Assembly (NCBI RefSeq): GCF_963921235.1
Contig: NC_086097.1
Span: 72,914,001-72,978,000 of the forward strand
Reading direction: 5' to 3'
Source: Mobula hypostoma
Lineage: Eukaryota
Length of the DNA stretch: 64,000 nucleotides
How positions within the stretch are numbered: the stretch's first letter is position 1; the number at the start of each line of letters is the position of its first letter. The notes below the pieces were generated by a model. That model worked only from the letters and a program-made list of their open reading frames with translations. It was not told the origin of the DNA and ran no database searches. The position numbers and the translations under genes are program-made. Shown piece by piece: positions 1 to 13,073 of the stretch.

Positions 1-820
1 AAAATGGCAGATGGAATTTTATACAGACAAGGGCAAGGTGTTGCACTTCAGTAGGTCCAACCAGGGTAGGTCTTACACAGTGAATAGTAGGGCACTGAGG
101 AGTGTGTCAGAATAGAGAGATCTGAGAATCCAGATTCATAATTCCTTGAAAGCGTCATGGGTGGATAGGGTCATAAAGAGAGCTTTTGGCGTATTGGCCT
201 TCATAAATCAATGTATTGAGTACAGGAGTTGAGATGTTATGTTGAAATTGTATAAGACGTTGTTGAGGCCTAATTTGGAGTATTGTGTGCAGTTCTGGTC
301 ACCTACCTGCAGGAACGATGTCAATAAGTTTGAAAGACTGCAGAGAAAGTTTACGAGGATGTTGCCGGGACTTGAAGCCCTGAGTTATAGGAAAAGATTG
401 AATAGATTAGGACGCTATTCCCTAAATCAAAGAAGACTGACTGGGGTGGGGGGTGAGATTTGATAGAGGTATACAAAATTAGGAGGGGTATAGGTAAGGT
501 AAATGCAAGCAGGCTTGTTCCACTCATGTTGAGTAAGAGAGAGGAACTGGAGGTCATAGGTTAAGGGTGAAAGCTGAAATGTTTAAGGGAACATGAGGGG
601 GAGCATCTTCACTCAGAGGATGGTACAAGTGTGGAATGAGCTACCAGAGCAAGTGGTAGATGTAAGGTCAATTTCAGCATTTAAGAGAAATTTCGATAGG
701 TAAATAGGGAGGGGTATGGGGAGTACGGTCCGGGCGCAGGTTGTTGGGAATAAGCAGGTTAATTCATTATGGGCTAGATAGGTCAAAGGGCCTTTCTGAG
801 TGTTGTTGTGATCTGTGACT
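1..820 (+). mobile_element. CR1 LINE, decayed 3' fragment (end of ORF2 plus 3' UTR)
   Basis: KWQMEF at the window start and ORF 239..463 LYKTLLRPNLEYCVQFWSP...QRKFTRMLPGL match the CR1 ORF2 C-terminus in the better copies here; CR1-type 3' end near 780-820. Confidence 0.9.
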
Positions 821-824
821 GTAA

Positions 825-1670
825 CATCAACTTCTCACTTAAAGTCAGCAACAAAGACTGTGGGAGAAAGAAGCTGGAAGTCCATGAGCCAGTGCTCATT
901 GGGGGATTGGGATTAGAGAGGCTCAGTAACTTTAAATTCCTTGGCATTATGGTATCAGAGGAGTTATCCTCAAACCAGCACGTAAGCATCATCATAAGGA
1001 AGGCATGACAGCACCTCTGCCTTCTTAGAAGTTTGCGTAGAGATCAAATAAAACATTAACAGACTTCTACATTTGCACAATGGAGAGTATTCTGTCTGGT
1101 TGCATCGTTGGAAACACCAATGCCCAGGACCAGAAAAGCCTACAAAAAAAGTATTGGATACAGGGCTGTATCAGTCACAGGAAAATCCCTTTGCAATATT
1201 GAAGCTATTTACAAGGAGCACTGCCATAAGAAAGCATTATCCATCATCAAAGACCCCTATCATCCAGGCCATCATCCTTCTCGCTATTAACATCACAAAG
1301 GAGGTACATGAGCCTTAGGTTCCAATGACCAAGTTCAGAAACAGTTATTATCCTTCAACTATCAGGTTCCTGAACCAGCATAGATAACCTCACTCACCTT
1401 AATGATGAACTGACCCCACAACCTAGAGACTCACCTTCAAGGATTTTATAACTCATGTTTTTAGTATTATTTAGTTACTTTTTTCTTTACTATTTGCACA
1501 ATTTGTCTTCTTTTGCACATTGGTTGTTTGTTAATCTTCGTTATTTATAGTTTTTCATTAAGTCTAATGTATTTCTTTATTTTCCTCTAAATGCCTGCAA
1601 AGAAATGAACCTCAAGGTAGGTAGTATATGGTGACATATACATACTTTGATAATAAATTTACTTTAATCT
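825..1670 (+). mobile_element. Rex1/Babar-clade LINE, 5'-truncated and decayed
   Basis: ERLSNFKFLGIMVSEELS and KALSIIKDPYHPGH motifs; 3' UTR ends ...tatatggtgacatatacatactttgataataaatttacttt, shared with the copy at 46471-46963. Confidence 0.8.
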
Positions 1671-3938
1671 CTAAATATCGAAACAACTATCAAAAGAGAA
1701 GAACTGGAATGCAAGAAATGATTTTTAAAAGGGGAGGGGCAAAGGGAAAGTTTGAAGTAAAATCTTTATCTTCCAAATATTCAACAGGAATTAACAAATT
1801 AGTAGATGAGACATTTCAATTATAGGCAGCACATTTAGATCATTGCAAAAATACTTTCAGACTGCTGATTGAGGTTGAATCAAATATATAACCCTTAAAT
1901 GTCACCATGACAGACAAATTCTAGTCAACTTGCTGTCATGAATTTAGTTCTTATCTGCCATTCAACGACAACTTCAATGTGTTTAGCAATTTTTAATATG
2001 GAGCTGGGTATCTTTTCCTTTCAGCCAATGACAGGAAAGTGCATTTCAGGTAGCACACTTTGGAAGCTCACTTACAAACCTACATTAGCTCTCACTCGAA
2101 ATTGCTGAAATGGTGAGCTTTGCTGTTACGTTGGTATAAGTCTGTAACTTTTTATAATATTGTCTGACTTAACTCCAGTAAGGTTGTTGGGAAAAACAAT
2201 CTCAGCAGAAGATCTCTAAACAAGTGTCTATCAGCTTAAACCCAATGACCCACAATGTATATTACTATTTATTTTCAGACAGATGCACATTTGTTTCCAT
2301 TCCATCTCCAAAGAGTGGAAGATGTTAATGTGTGAATTCTTTTAGAGGGGCGACAAATACACACCGGATATTGTGTGGTGTTGACAGAGAGCGATCTCAT
2401 AGTCCAGTGGTAAGGAATTCCAAAGGAGTTGGAGCCCATGCTCCATGGTAAAGATTTGACACCCTCATGTGCATGGACACATATACACAATCTCAGCTTT
2501 TCCCTTACACTCTCCCACAAAATCCTGTCCACAATCTATTGTCTACTCTCCCTTGCCTTCTTCAGTGACCCCTGCCCTGTCCCCTACTCTTTTCATCAGC
2601 CTCTCTTCCTTTCATCACATTTCCCTTTCATTCACCCCAGTCTCTTGACCACACTCTCCCCAGCCCTGCTCTCTAGCTGTCAACCACTCAGTCTTTCCCA
2701 GGATGAGGCTGCCCCTTCGTATCTTTGTTCTTACTCTGCAGGGCCATGCATCCCCCCACACCCACAGTTTTCAGCCACACCAGTCCAAGGATACATTCCC
2801 CACACCTCCCTCATTTGGTGAAAAATTTCACCCACTCAGCTAGAAGCCTTCTCATTTACCTGCATTCTATTTTATCCTTCTCCAACCTGTAATGCCATCC
2901 TCCATATTTTTTGAATCATCAAACTACATTGAAATTACAAATAAACTACACACATTGAGAATTCTCTGATCTCCTTTTTTCTCCTGCTTATAATGAGATT
3001 ACCTCCCAATTAGAACTCTATATTGGCTGGCCCCGATGTTCTCATGCTTAATCATTTCGCTAATTTTTTAAACTCCAGTGTTCAGAAGCTTCAAACTCAG
3101 TGTAAGCATGTGAAAGGGCATGCATGGCCACACAGAGAAGACTACCAATCTGATCACAAATTGTAGCCAGGAACATGAACTGGGCGGATCATCAGTTCTA
3201 AGTTATTTCAATATGCTCCTGTCCCAACTGTAAACAGGAATATCAGAATTGCCTTTAACCACCCAAGTGTGACAACTGCAGAGCAGCTTCAAACCTCAAG
3301 CTCTCATATGTGGTAAGTAGCTGTCTAAAGAAAATGACTGATTTCATGAAATGACATTGATATTGCAGTCATGTCAGGTTTTCAAGGGATTGTAAAATGA
3401 TTTTTTTTTCTCCTCACAAACAGCTGACTGTTCTATGCAAAATCCAAATCCTAATTAAACTACTTCACATCTTTGCTGGTATTTCTCTGATTTCATACAC
3501 TATCGTTTATTAACAAGACAGATCCTCAGGATGATATGCAGAAAAGAGAATCTCACCCATTTCATCTTCCAATGCCTGAGCATTTCAAGTTATTTCCAAA
3601 TCGGTTCAATACATGGTTGCTCAGTCACTGAGACACAGGTTATTTGCAATCAGAAAACTGCAAACACGGAAATTGTTTGGCTGCACCTTCCTTTGTTGAT
3701 GTTTACCTTCTACTTAAGCAGTGGTCCCAATCCCACATACCTGCTCATTTCCCACCTCTCTTTATTGGTCTTTGATTTAGCTGATTGTTTAAGTGTTGGT
3801 CTCTAATTTTATTAGTGCTTTCCATAGCCTCACAACAGTCTGTGTAAAAAGATTTCTCCAGCCCTGTATTTCCTTGCATTTATTTTTATACCCTGATGCC
3901 CAATTTGAACCATTTCCCCCAAACAGCAGGCAGTACCT

Positions 3939-4623
3939 TCTTCTTCTTCTTCTTCTTCTTCTTCTTCTTCTGTTGTTTTATGGCGGTTGGCAAACCAGCT
4001 TTAAGGTGCATTACCGCCACCTGCTAGACTGGAGTGTGGATCATTTATAAACAGGAGGAGGGAAAAGAATTGCATTCCCTAAATTCTACATAATAAACCA
4101 GAGTCTTTCAGATATTTCATGATATAGGTCTGTATTTCTCTTGACATCCCACTTAAAATGTCTTCTATACCCGTAGCAGTTTTTTTTGTTTATCTTAAGT
4201 GCTCTCCTTGGTACTTCTTACATTTTATCAATGCATGTTCAACTGTTTCTGGTTGATTTACAGTATTCACACAACCCAGTTGGATGTTTCCCTATTTTAT
4301 GTAATATGTAATTAAGACCTGTGTGTCCAATTCTTAAACGACTGATGATCACTTCTTTCTATGTCCACTTGATATTCTTTTGTATCTGACTTGCCTCTGT
4401 ATTTTGTACAGTTGTCTCCCTGTTTCACTCTCATCCCTGTGTTTCTGCCACGTCTCCTCAATACGTGTTTTTATAATGCTTTTGACTTCCGCTTTGCTTA
4501 GAGGGATCTGGACCTCTATTATAGACAATTTGAGTGATTGTTTAGCTATACTGTCCACCTTTTCATTACCCTCCGCTCCACAATGAGTAGGAACCCAAAG
4601 AAAGCTTACTTCTACCCCATATA
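3939..4623 (-). mobile_element. Nimb/I-clade LINE 3' fragment (RNase H end, Cys-rich region, (AAG)n tail)
   Basis: Minus strand reads FLWVPTHCGAEGNEKVDSIAK (RNase H C-terminus) and IISRLRIGHTGL; (CTT)n at about 3937-3970 is the (AAG)n tail; 11-bp TSD aggcag(t/c)acct at 3928-3938 and 4624-4634. Confidence 0.85.
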
Positions 4624-4690
4624 AGGCAGCACCTGAGGTCAAAACTGAACCCAGGGCCCTGGAGCTAAGGCTGCAGTGCACCAAACCCTG
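4624..4690 (-). mobile_element. tRNA-derived SINE head remnant (target of the Nimb insertion)
   Basis: Minus strand gcagccttagctccagggccctgggttcagttttgacctcaggtgctgcc resembles a B-box-containing V-SINE/HE1-type head. Confidence 0.45.
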
Positions 4691-4869
4691 GGCTATATTT
4701 TCTTTAACACTCAACCATTTTTCAAAAATTCTCCAAACGAAGAGTTTCCCTGTTAAACTTCTCCACATTTTCACCTCTCTCACTTTTCTGAAGACATTTT
4801 TGAAACCTTTTTTTCAAGCAACTTCTCTTAAAATATCCCTATTTGGCTTATTGCAAAATTCTCAAGAAG

Positions 4870-4966
4870 CAATATACTACAGATGCTGGAAATCTGAAAT
4901 TAAACAGAAAATATTCAAAATATTCAGCAGGTCATGCAGCATCTGTGGAGAGAGAGGTAATGTTTC
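4870..4966 (-). mobile_element. Penelope-like terminal repeat (pLTR) fragment
   Basis: acagatgctggaaatctg...agcaggtcatgcagcatctg is the reverse complement of the repeat at 56840-56955 and 62030-62167; ends at GAAAC of the hammerhead core. Confidence 0.7.
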
Positions 4967-5689
4967 TCCTTCACATTCATGATTTCTGTCTGTCCCCTCT
5001 AATAATATAAAGAATTTTGTTTTAATTGCCCTTTAATTAAACTCACTGCCCTACATTTCCTTGCAATATAAGGATAAAAAATATCACTGAACTTTGGAAT
5101 TAGCTGTGATCCCTTCCTCAAGTCTATTCTCAGCTTATTTTCTCATTGGGTACACTGGATCAATTACTCTTCAGTTTCCTCTGAAGAGGCATTGTCGTGT
5201 CACAGTCTAACACGAAGCTCCTTGTGATTATTTCACAAGCAGCTCCATTACCTCCAGTTATTTTCTTGCACTACTTCATTCTTTACCTGGTTTGAGAAAT
5301 GTAATTCTTTTCCTCCAGATCTTTCACCTTACTTTGCCTGATTTTGCTGGTCAAGCCGTCTTGACAGTTGTGCTCCAATCTCTTCAAGACACCGTGCACA
5401 TGCTTACTTATTTCTGCTACTTTCACAGGCATAATGAGCTTGTGAAATCAGAGAAAATTGCCATAATTAAAAATGAATTAATTTATTAATTAATGTACCC
5501 AGAGAGCATGGTGAGAAGCAATGATGTGGGGTATATGTTTAAATCATATGAGTTTCTAACACTTCAATTGTACTATAAGTCCTTCATGTAATCAGAAATC
5601 ATGACTTTGCTGTATCGTAAAAAATGTTGCAAGTTCATAAATCCTACTATGGACAACTTCTTAGGTTATTGTGGAAATTGGGACATAAA

Positions 5690-6065
5690 TGGCAATTTAT
5701 GAGATATTCCTTAAAGTCTTCCAAGGTTTAATCATATCTGTACAGGTTAAAATGATTTTTTTTAAGAGCAGAAATAGAGTAACTGTCTCCACTATCAGTG
5801 GCAGTAATCAGAGGACACAGATTTATGGAAATTGGCAAACTAATAAAAAAGGAGAAAATGAGCAATGTTCTTTCTTGGTGAATCATTATGTTTTGAATGC
5901 TTTGTCTGAAAGACTGGTGGAAGGAGAATCAGTGGCGATTTTCAATGTGCAAATTAAGTAAAGTAAAAACTGAGGAGCGTTAGGGAAGTTGCAGGGAAAT
6001 GCGATAATTAATCATCCTTTAAACTGTGTGAGCAATGAGCTAAATCTCCTCCACTTCCCTGTGAT
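5690..6065 (+). mobile_element. Highly decayed CR1 3' fragment
   Basis: agaggacacagattta and gaatgctttgtctgaaagactggtggaagga resemble the RGH..F..WNALP..VVEA region of CR1. Confidence 0.55.
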
Positions 6066-7254
6066 TTGCTCCAGATTAGATTACAAAGTTCCAAAGCACA
6101 ATTCTTTGAACCGCACTAAAGATCAACTGAGTTAACAAAAGTGAAGTTAGTATTTAAGTTGGTTTGCATGCTACTTTATCTACAGTCCCTTGGCAATGTT
6201 TTATAAAGGTTTGTGCCCTTCCTGAGTAACCAGAATTTCTGGAAAATCCTCAGTTGTTGAGATTCGAACAAAATAGGTGTCCATCTTAAATTGATGGAGA
6301 TCTGACCCAATAAGAGATGCTTTGGAAGATATTCTATTTTGGTAGACTCATTAAAATTACTTGTGACCAGGATTTTGGTGCAGGACAGTTAAACGTATCT
6401 AAACTATTTGATCTATTCTTAAAGGCTTCTCACTGAAAAAGAGGAACTCTGAGAATGCTCAAGGTTGATGTGTTGGATGGCAGGATGAACAGCCAACTAA
6501 TTATGCTTAGAGTTGTCGCTATCTTTACAATATACATTCAACTTTCCTTCATTTTTTATAAATCTTGCATGTTGTGTTCTGATTGATGGATTATGTTTGT
6601 TAACAATTTTTAATGTCAAATACTCCAAAACTATTGTGCAAGCTAAAAAAAAAGTCAGTTCTTTGTCAGTCAATGCTTTGTTCAATAATAGCTGCCAGAA
6701 TCTGTCAGCCAGAGATTAGAGAGTATTATAAATATTTCAGCAGTCCAAAGGTTAAATCTTTTCCGTTGTAATTGGAAATAATATAAGATGAGCCTTTATT
6801 AAAACTGCTGCACCACTGTAGCAAAGAACTTATCACAATGACAACAAAAAGGAGTGAAATATAAACCTGTTCTTCCACACTGAAGTTAGTAAATTGAAAC
6901 GGTGACTGATGTGGGATGCTATTGTTCCACAGAGTATTTGCAGATCATGTAATAATCGAAAAGATCAAACTTATTCTTAAAGAGAGGTAGTTAAACAATC
7001 CCATTGAAGAATGTACAATATATTTTGTTTCTAGAATGAGGAGGTTCACAGAATCATAAGATGGTAATAGCAGTTAAAGACAATCTGATCCTTTGAATAC
7101 ATGCCAGTTGTCTGCAGCTAATCCCCTCCTCTGTCCTTTCTCTGTAGACTCCGTGAGTTGTTCTTTCACGTATGGCAATGTAATCATTAAGTTGAAAATG
7201 AAAATTTAGGACTGGGTCTAAGGTAATGGCAATTATTCTTCAGGGAAGAAGCCT

Positions 7255-7418
7255 CAAATAGTAATGTTTAGGAGGCATTTAGACAGACATTTGAGCAGAT
7301 GGGTAATGGAAGGATAGAGAACATGTGTAGGCAGATGAGAATAGTATGGATTGACATCATGGTTGGACAGACATCATAGGCCAATGGGCCTGTTCTTGTG
7401 TCTGTTCTATGTTCTATG
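7255..7418 (+). mobile_element. CR1/HE1-type 3' end
   Basis: ...gggcctgttcttgtgtctgttctatgttctatg tail of TTCTATG repeats as in the other CR1 copies. Confidence 0.7.
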
Positions 7419-10160
7419 GAAGACATAAAAACCTTAAGAGAAATACTAGATAAACATGGTGAGAACGAAAAACTAATGGGAGTTAGCATGATCAAACAAA
7501 TAGCACCTGTGAAGTTGGTGAGACTAGAAGCTGATAAATGACAAGGGCTAGGTGATCTGCCTCTTAGGTGGCGACAGGGATAATAGATAAAGTGGTTACT
7601 CAAGTCTGGTGCCTTCAAATCCGGAGACAGAACGGCTCTCAGAGCATCCAGAATAAACCTCATCTTAGGCACCAAGAGGGCAAAGATCGCCCGCACAAAA
7701 AGTTCAGGAACACTTGTCCAATAACTATCCCTGGTGTATGTGGCTGGGCATCTAGGGTATTACTGATGAAGCAAGGAGAAAGCAGCTTTGACTGCATCCC
7801 TCTCTTATGCTTTAAACAACTACTATGCATGCTTCGAAGAATGCAACACAATGCCAGCCAATAAAGCTACCTCCCCCCACCACCCCAGGTGAGCAGCCAC
7901 CGTCTGTAACGGCAGCAGACATGAGAAGGACTCTGCAGAGTCTGTAAGGCAGCTGGGCCAGACAATCTCCCAAGATGAGTATTTAGGGAGTGTGCACATT
8001 GGCTCACTTTGTCTTCACGGACATCTTCAACACTTCACTCATCCAGGCTGCTGTCCCTACAAGCTTCAAATAAGCCACCTTCATCCCTGTACCAAAGAAC
8101 TCTACACCTTCAGAACTAAATGACTATAGCCCAGTGGCGCTGGTGCCAATCATCATAAGGTGCTTTGAGTGGCTGGTAATAGCCAGGTCAAAAACTCCAT
8201 TCCTGCCATGTTGGACATTCACCAATACACTTACCTACAGAACCACACTACAGCGGATTCTACAGCATCTGCATGCACCAGGTCCCGACACACCCAGAAA
8301 ACAAGGACACACATCAGAATGTTGTTTCTGGATTTCAGTTTGACATTCAACACTATTGTCCAACAAGCCTTGGTGAACAAATTCCTGCTCCTCAGTCTAA
8401 ATCTGCACTGTGCATCTGGGCGTTGGACTTCCTGGTGAACAGACCTCAGATAGCCAGTATGCACAACCACTCCTCCCTCCCCATCATCCTCAACATGGTT
8501 GCTCCCCCAGGGCTGTGTGCTGAGCCTATTGCTATGCACTCTGCTCACACTTGACTACAAGGCCAAACCCCCTAGTAATCACATTGTCAACAGTAGTGAG
8601 GCTCATCATCAACAACAATAAAACAGCCTGCAGAGAGGAGGTGGAAGAGTTTGAGGCCTCATGCCAGGCAAACAAACTCTTCCTTAATGTCAACAAGACA
8701 AAAGAGATGGTTATCAACACAACTCAGATCCCTTTTTACATCAGTGGCACCGCAGTGGAAACTGCCAGCAATTTCAAACTCCTAGGAGTGTACATCACAC
8801 ACAACCTTTCATGGTCCCAGAACACATCCTACATAGTTAAGAAAGCTCACCTTCACCTCTACTTTCTGAGGAGGCTGAAAAGGGCTGTACTTTACACATC
8901 CATACTCATGTTATTCTACAGATACACAATAGAAAGCATCCCAACATGCTGCATCACTGCTAGGTATGGAAACTGCATTGTGGCAGAAAGGAAGTCTCCA
9001 AAATGGGTAGTCAAGACTACCCAACGCATCACTGGCACCAGCCTACCTACCATCGAGGACATACATACAGAAAGGTGCTGGTAAAGGGCCAGTAACATGA
9101 TGAAGTATCCCACCCACCCTGCTCATGGATTGTTTGTCACGTAGCATTATGCCAGGACCACCAGACTCAAAAACAATTACTTTCACAAGCAGTAAGGCTG
9201 ATCAATACCTCCACTCACTAACCCACCCCTCCACATCCAGAACCACCATTACTTTATTATTTCCTGTCAGTCACCTTATGTGCAGACACTCCTGTGCTAA
9301 GCATCACTTATGGACATACAATCAATCTATGTCTATATGTTATCTTATATTTAGTTTGTTGTTTCATTATTATTATTGTGTTCTTTGCCTTGTGTGTTTT
9401 TTAGTGCTGCATTGGATCTGAATTATTTTATTCTCCTTTACGCTGTGTACAGGAAATGAGATTAAACAGTCTTGAATCTTGTCTTTCAAAGTTTAGCAGA
9501 TTCTTAGATAGTGTCTGCAGTTTGGAGGGTGGCAAATATTTGAGAAAGAAGGGAGAGAGAAAAAGGGAAAATATTGATTTGTTTCCCTATTATTAATAGT
9601 ATGGGAAATGTTTGAATCTATATTGAAGTACATATGAACAGAACAACTCAAAAAAAAAAAGATTTAGCAGATTCAACATAGATTTTTGAGAAGGGAATCA
9701 AGTTGAAACACTCCTTCTTTGAGGATGTGACCAATAGAAAAGACAGGAGGTTGTCAATGCGCAGTTTAAATGTTCTAAAGGCCTTGAATAAGATCTCACA
9801 CAAGAGTTTCACAACCAGGTTGCACCACTTGGGATTGAAGCTAATACATTGGCAAGGATTGAGAACTGGGTAAGCATAGAGCGGGAAGAAGTGGGTCTTT
9901 CCAAGATTGTCCTTAACTGTTCACGATCCACATGTCCAATATGTCTAAGCAAAATATCATATTCCCAGTTTTGCTGATGATATTAATATAAGATGAGATT
10001 GTGAGTATGAAAGAGAATGAGTGGAGACTTCAGAGGGTTATAGGCAAGCTAAGTGAATGAAACATGGCATACAATATGGAAAAGAACTGAGATCATCCAC
10101 AGCTGTCAACAAAAGAGAAATGCAGAGAGTTTTCTTTAAGTGATGCTAGATTGGGAAATA
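7419..10160 (+). mobile_element. Old CR1 RT fragment split by a Rex1 insertion (7419-7569 and about 9484-10160)
   Basis: Decayed ADK..G..DL before the insertion; W.VAN, FEDVT and FADD-like remnants after it. Confidence 0.6.
7570..9483 (+). mobile_element. Rex1/Babar-clade LINE, about 1.9 kb, 5'-truncated RT pseudogene
   Basis: AFKSGD, PVALVPIIIRCFE, RMLFLDFSLTFNTI, LNVNKTKEMVI...FKLLGVYIT...HLYFLRRLK; tail cttgaatcttg. Confidence 0.88.
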
Positions 10161-10164
10161 TGGA

Positions 10165-11750
10165 ATTGAATAGGTTAAAGGGAGTGGAATTTTTGAGGTG
10201 TGTCCAGAAGAGCTCTTTCAGTACAGAATGCAGACAGATCAATAAGGGAAGGAGTATTGCTAGACCTTATCTTGAGGAAAGTAACTGATCACGTGGAGAG
10301 AGTGTCAGCGGAGATTATTTTCGAGACAATAACCTTAACTTTTACATTTTAAAGTAGCTATTGAAAAGGCTAGAGAAAGAGCAGTAATTAAGATCTTGAG
10401 ACCAGTTTCATTAATTTAAGGGATGTATTACACAAGGCGCATATCCTTGCAGGTAAGTCTACATCTGCACAGTGGGAAGCGTACAAAGGAGAAATAGCAA
10501 AGGTTCAAGGCCAACATGTTCCTGAAAGAGTAAAAGTCTTTACCCTTTCATAGGGGTACATGTATGAGGATCCCTGGATATCAACAGATATTGAAGGATA
10601 GATAAAGAAAACAAAAAGGAAGCTCACTGATAGGTATAGGGAACAAATGTCAGGGAGGACTGTCAAGCATATTAAAAGTTTAAGTCCCTCCCTGCAAAGG
10701 AAATTAGGATGGGTAACAAGGGTCAAAAGAAATCACAATCAAGTTTAAAGTAAATCTGAAGGTTTTCTATAAGTAATCAGGCAAAACAAAACATTTAAAA
10801 GAATAACCAGGGAGAAAGCGGACCCATTAGGAAACCATAATCAATTTATGCCTAGAACCAGAAGGCATAGCTGAGGTCCTAAATTAATACTTTTCATTGG
10901 TATTCTCAATGAAAACAGATTTTGGAGTTGGAGAATTCAGTGAGGGGGTAGGTGATGGTCCAGTGCAGGTCTAAATAAATAAAGAGGAGGTACTGAAACC
11001 TTGGCAGGATGAAATATAAGTAAATTCCCAGTGCTGGCTAAGATTTATCTCAGGCTGCTATGGGAGGCAAGGAAAGAGATTGTTGATGCTCTGGCTGAAA
11101 TTGTTAAATCCTTGCAGGACGTGTCTGAGTTCCCGCATGACTGATTTCATTGAATTCTCCAACTGCAAAGTTTGTTTCCATTGTGACTGGAGGGCAGAAA
11201 ACATGGGTCCCCTTTGTAAGAAAAGCATCAGGGAAATACCTGTTATCTATAGATCTGTAAGCTTAATATCAGTGGCAGAGAAGATGCTGGGAAAAAATTC
11301 TGAGAGAGAGAATTGATGATCAGTTGGAAAGGCGAAAGTTGAATCAAAGACAACCAATGTGGCTTTGTCAAGGGCAGATTCTGTCTGAGGGATTTAAATT
11401 CTTTGAAGAAGGAACAAAATATATTGATGAGGGAAGGACAATAGTTGTGATTTACATGGATTTTAGTAATGCCTTTGACAAGGTTCCACATGGGAGACTG
11501 TTTCAAAAGATCAGGGCACATGGGATCCAAAGCAAGTTGGCAAAATGAATCAAAAATTGGCTTGGTAATCGGAGACAGAGGGTGAAGGCCAAGGGTTGTT
11601 GATGCATTTTGATGCCTAGGTTTAAGGATTCATCAGGAACCCCTACAGTTTGTAATATATATGAATGAAACGAGTGTGAATGTGAGAGGCAAGATAAGTA
11701 AGTTCACAGATGACACAAAGTTTTGCAGAGTAGTTGCTGATGTGAAAAGT
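10165..11750 (+). mobile_element. Old CR1 ORF2 fragment (endonuclease end to RT)
   Basis: ORF 11324..11548 IYMDFSNAFDKVPHGRL and 11661.. ISKFTDDTK; many stops and frameshifts. Confidence 0.85.
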
Positions 11751-11894
11751 ACTCTTGTGTTACCGAGTGTCGGTGCAGGAGCAAGGAGTGCTGGAGGTCG
11801 ACGGACGACTGGAGATCAGAGGATCGGAGAATCAGCCGTTGTAGGTAGGCCGAGGAAGATCGGGACTACCTAGGCATTACCTGAGGAGGAAGGT

Positions 11895-11950
11895 AAAACT
11901 GCGCAGGTGCAGGTGACGTCAGCAGCGAGCGCGGAGTTTAAAAAAAGAGC
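11895..11950 (+). promoter_or_regulatory. Candidate internal promoter of the CR1 5' UTR
   Basis: Perfect CRE palindrome TGACGTCA at 11914-11921, TGCGCA just upstream and an A/T box tttaaaaaaa at 11937-11946, in a CpG-retaining stretch. Confidence 0.4.
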
Positions 11951-12131
11951 CCCACTTTCAGGTGCGGGCAGCGGAGTGCGCGGGAGCAGAGTGCTGGGCT
12001 TTGGCTCAGTGGGCTTCGGTGTAAGGGGGTCTTCGGTGAGAGGTAATCAGTCAACCTGAGTACGTGCTGAGGAAAAAAGGTAAGGTCGGTAGGTACTTCT
12101 TCATTTATTCTGATTAATCTGGGATCAGGTA

Positions 12132-13073
12132 ATGGGGGAGATAGTTAGAGCAGTGGTGTGCTCCGTATGCAGTATGTGGGAGGTCAGGGTCAACGCAGTT
12201 GTCCCTGATAACTACACCTGCAGAAGGTGCATCCAGCTGCAGCTCCTATCAGAGCGAGTTATGGAATTGGAGCTGGAGCTGGATGAACTACGGATCATTC
12301 GGGAGGCAGAGACAGAGATAGATAAGAGTTATCGGGAGGTAGTCACACCGAAAAGACAGGAGGTAGGCAACTGGGTGACTGTCGGGAGATGGAGGGGGAG
12401 CAGGCAGAGAGAGCAGAGCACCCCTGTGGCCATTCCCATCAACAATAAGTATACCGTTTTGGACACTGTTGGTGGGGTTGACCTACCAGGAACAAGTTGC
12501 AGTGGTCCTGTCTCTGGCACTGAGGTTGGACCCTCGACTCAGAAGGGGAGGAGGGAAGAGAGGACAGCGGTAGTGATAGGAGATTCTATAGTCAGGGGGG
12601 CAGATAGGAGATTTTGTGGGGGAGATCGGGAGTCTCGGATGGTACGTTGCCTCTCTGGTGCCGGGGTCCGGGACATCTCAGATCGGGTGCAGGTTATTCT
12701 CGAGAGGGAGGGCAAGAATCCAGATGTTGTGGTCCATGTAGCGACCAATGACGTGGGTAGGAAGAGTGAGGGGGTCCTGTGTAGTGAGTTCAGGGAGTTA
12801 GGTGTGAAGTTGAAGGGCAGGACCTCCAGGGTAACAATCTCAGGATTGCTACCTGTGCCACGTGCAAGTGAGGCGAGGAACAGAAGAATTATACAGGTCA
12901 ATACGTGGCTGAGAGGATGGTGCAGGAGGGAGGGCTTCAGGTTTTTAGATAATTGGGCTTTGTTCCAGGGAAGGTGGGATCTGTTCCGACGGGACGATTT
13001 ACACTTGAACTGGAGGGGTACTAACGTTCTTGCAGGAAAGTTTGCTAGTGCTGCTTGGGGGGGTTTAAACTAA
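12132..13073 (+). CDS. CR1 ORF1p: Cys zinc finger, leucine zipper and SGNH/GDSL esterase (intact, 313 aa)
   Basis: CSVC...CRRC, heptad LSERVMELELELDEL, GDSIVRG, VHVATND and DDLHLN blocks; ATG to TAA uninterrupted. Confidence 0.93.
   Translation: MGEIVRAVVCSVCSMWEVRVNAVVPDNYTCRRCIQLQLLSERVMELELELDELRIIREAETEIDKSYREVVTPKRQEVGNWVTVGRWRGSRQREQSTPVAIPINNKYTVLDTVGGVDLPGTSCSGPVSGTEVGPSTQKGRREERTAVVIGDSIVRGADRRFCGGDRESRMVRCLSGAGVRDISDRVQVILEREGKNPDVVVHVATNDVGRKSEGVLCSEFRELGVKLKGRTSRVTISGLLPVPRASEARNRRIIQVNTWLRGWCRREGFRFLDNWALFQGRWDLFRRDDLHLNWRGTNVLAGKFASAAWGGLN

Noticed and set aside
2429..2821. 130-aa ORF (also 61539..61955 on the minus strand)
   Set aside because: Low-complexity C/T-rich sequence that lacks stops by composition; no recognisable domain
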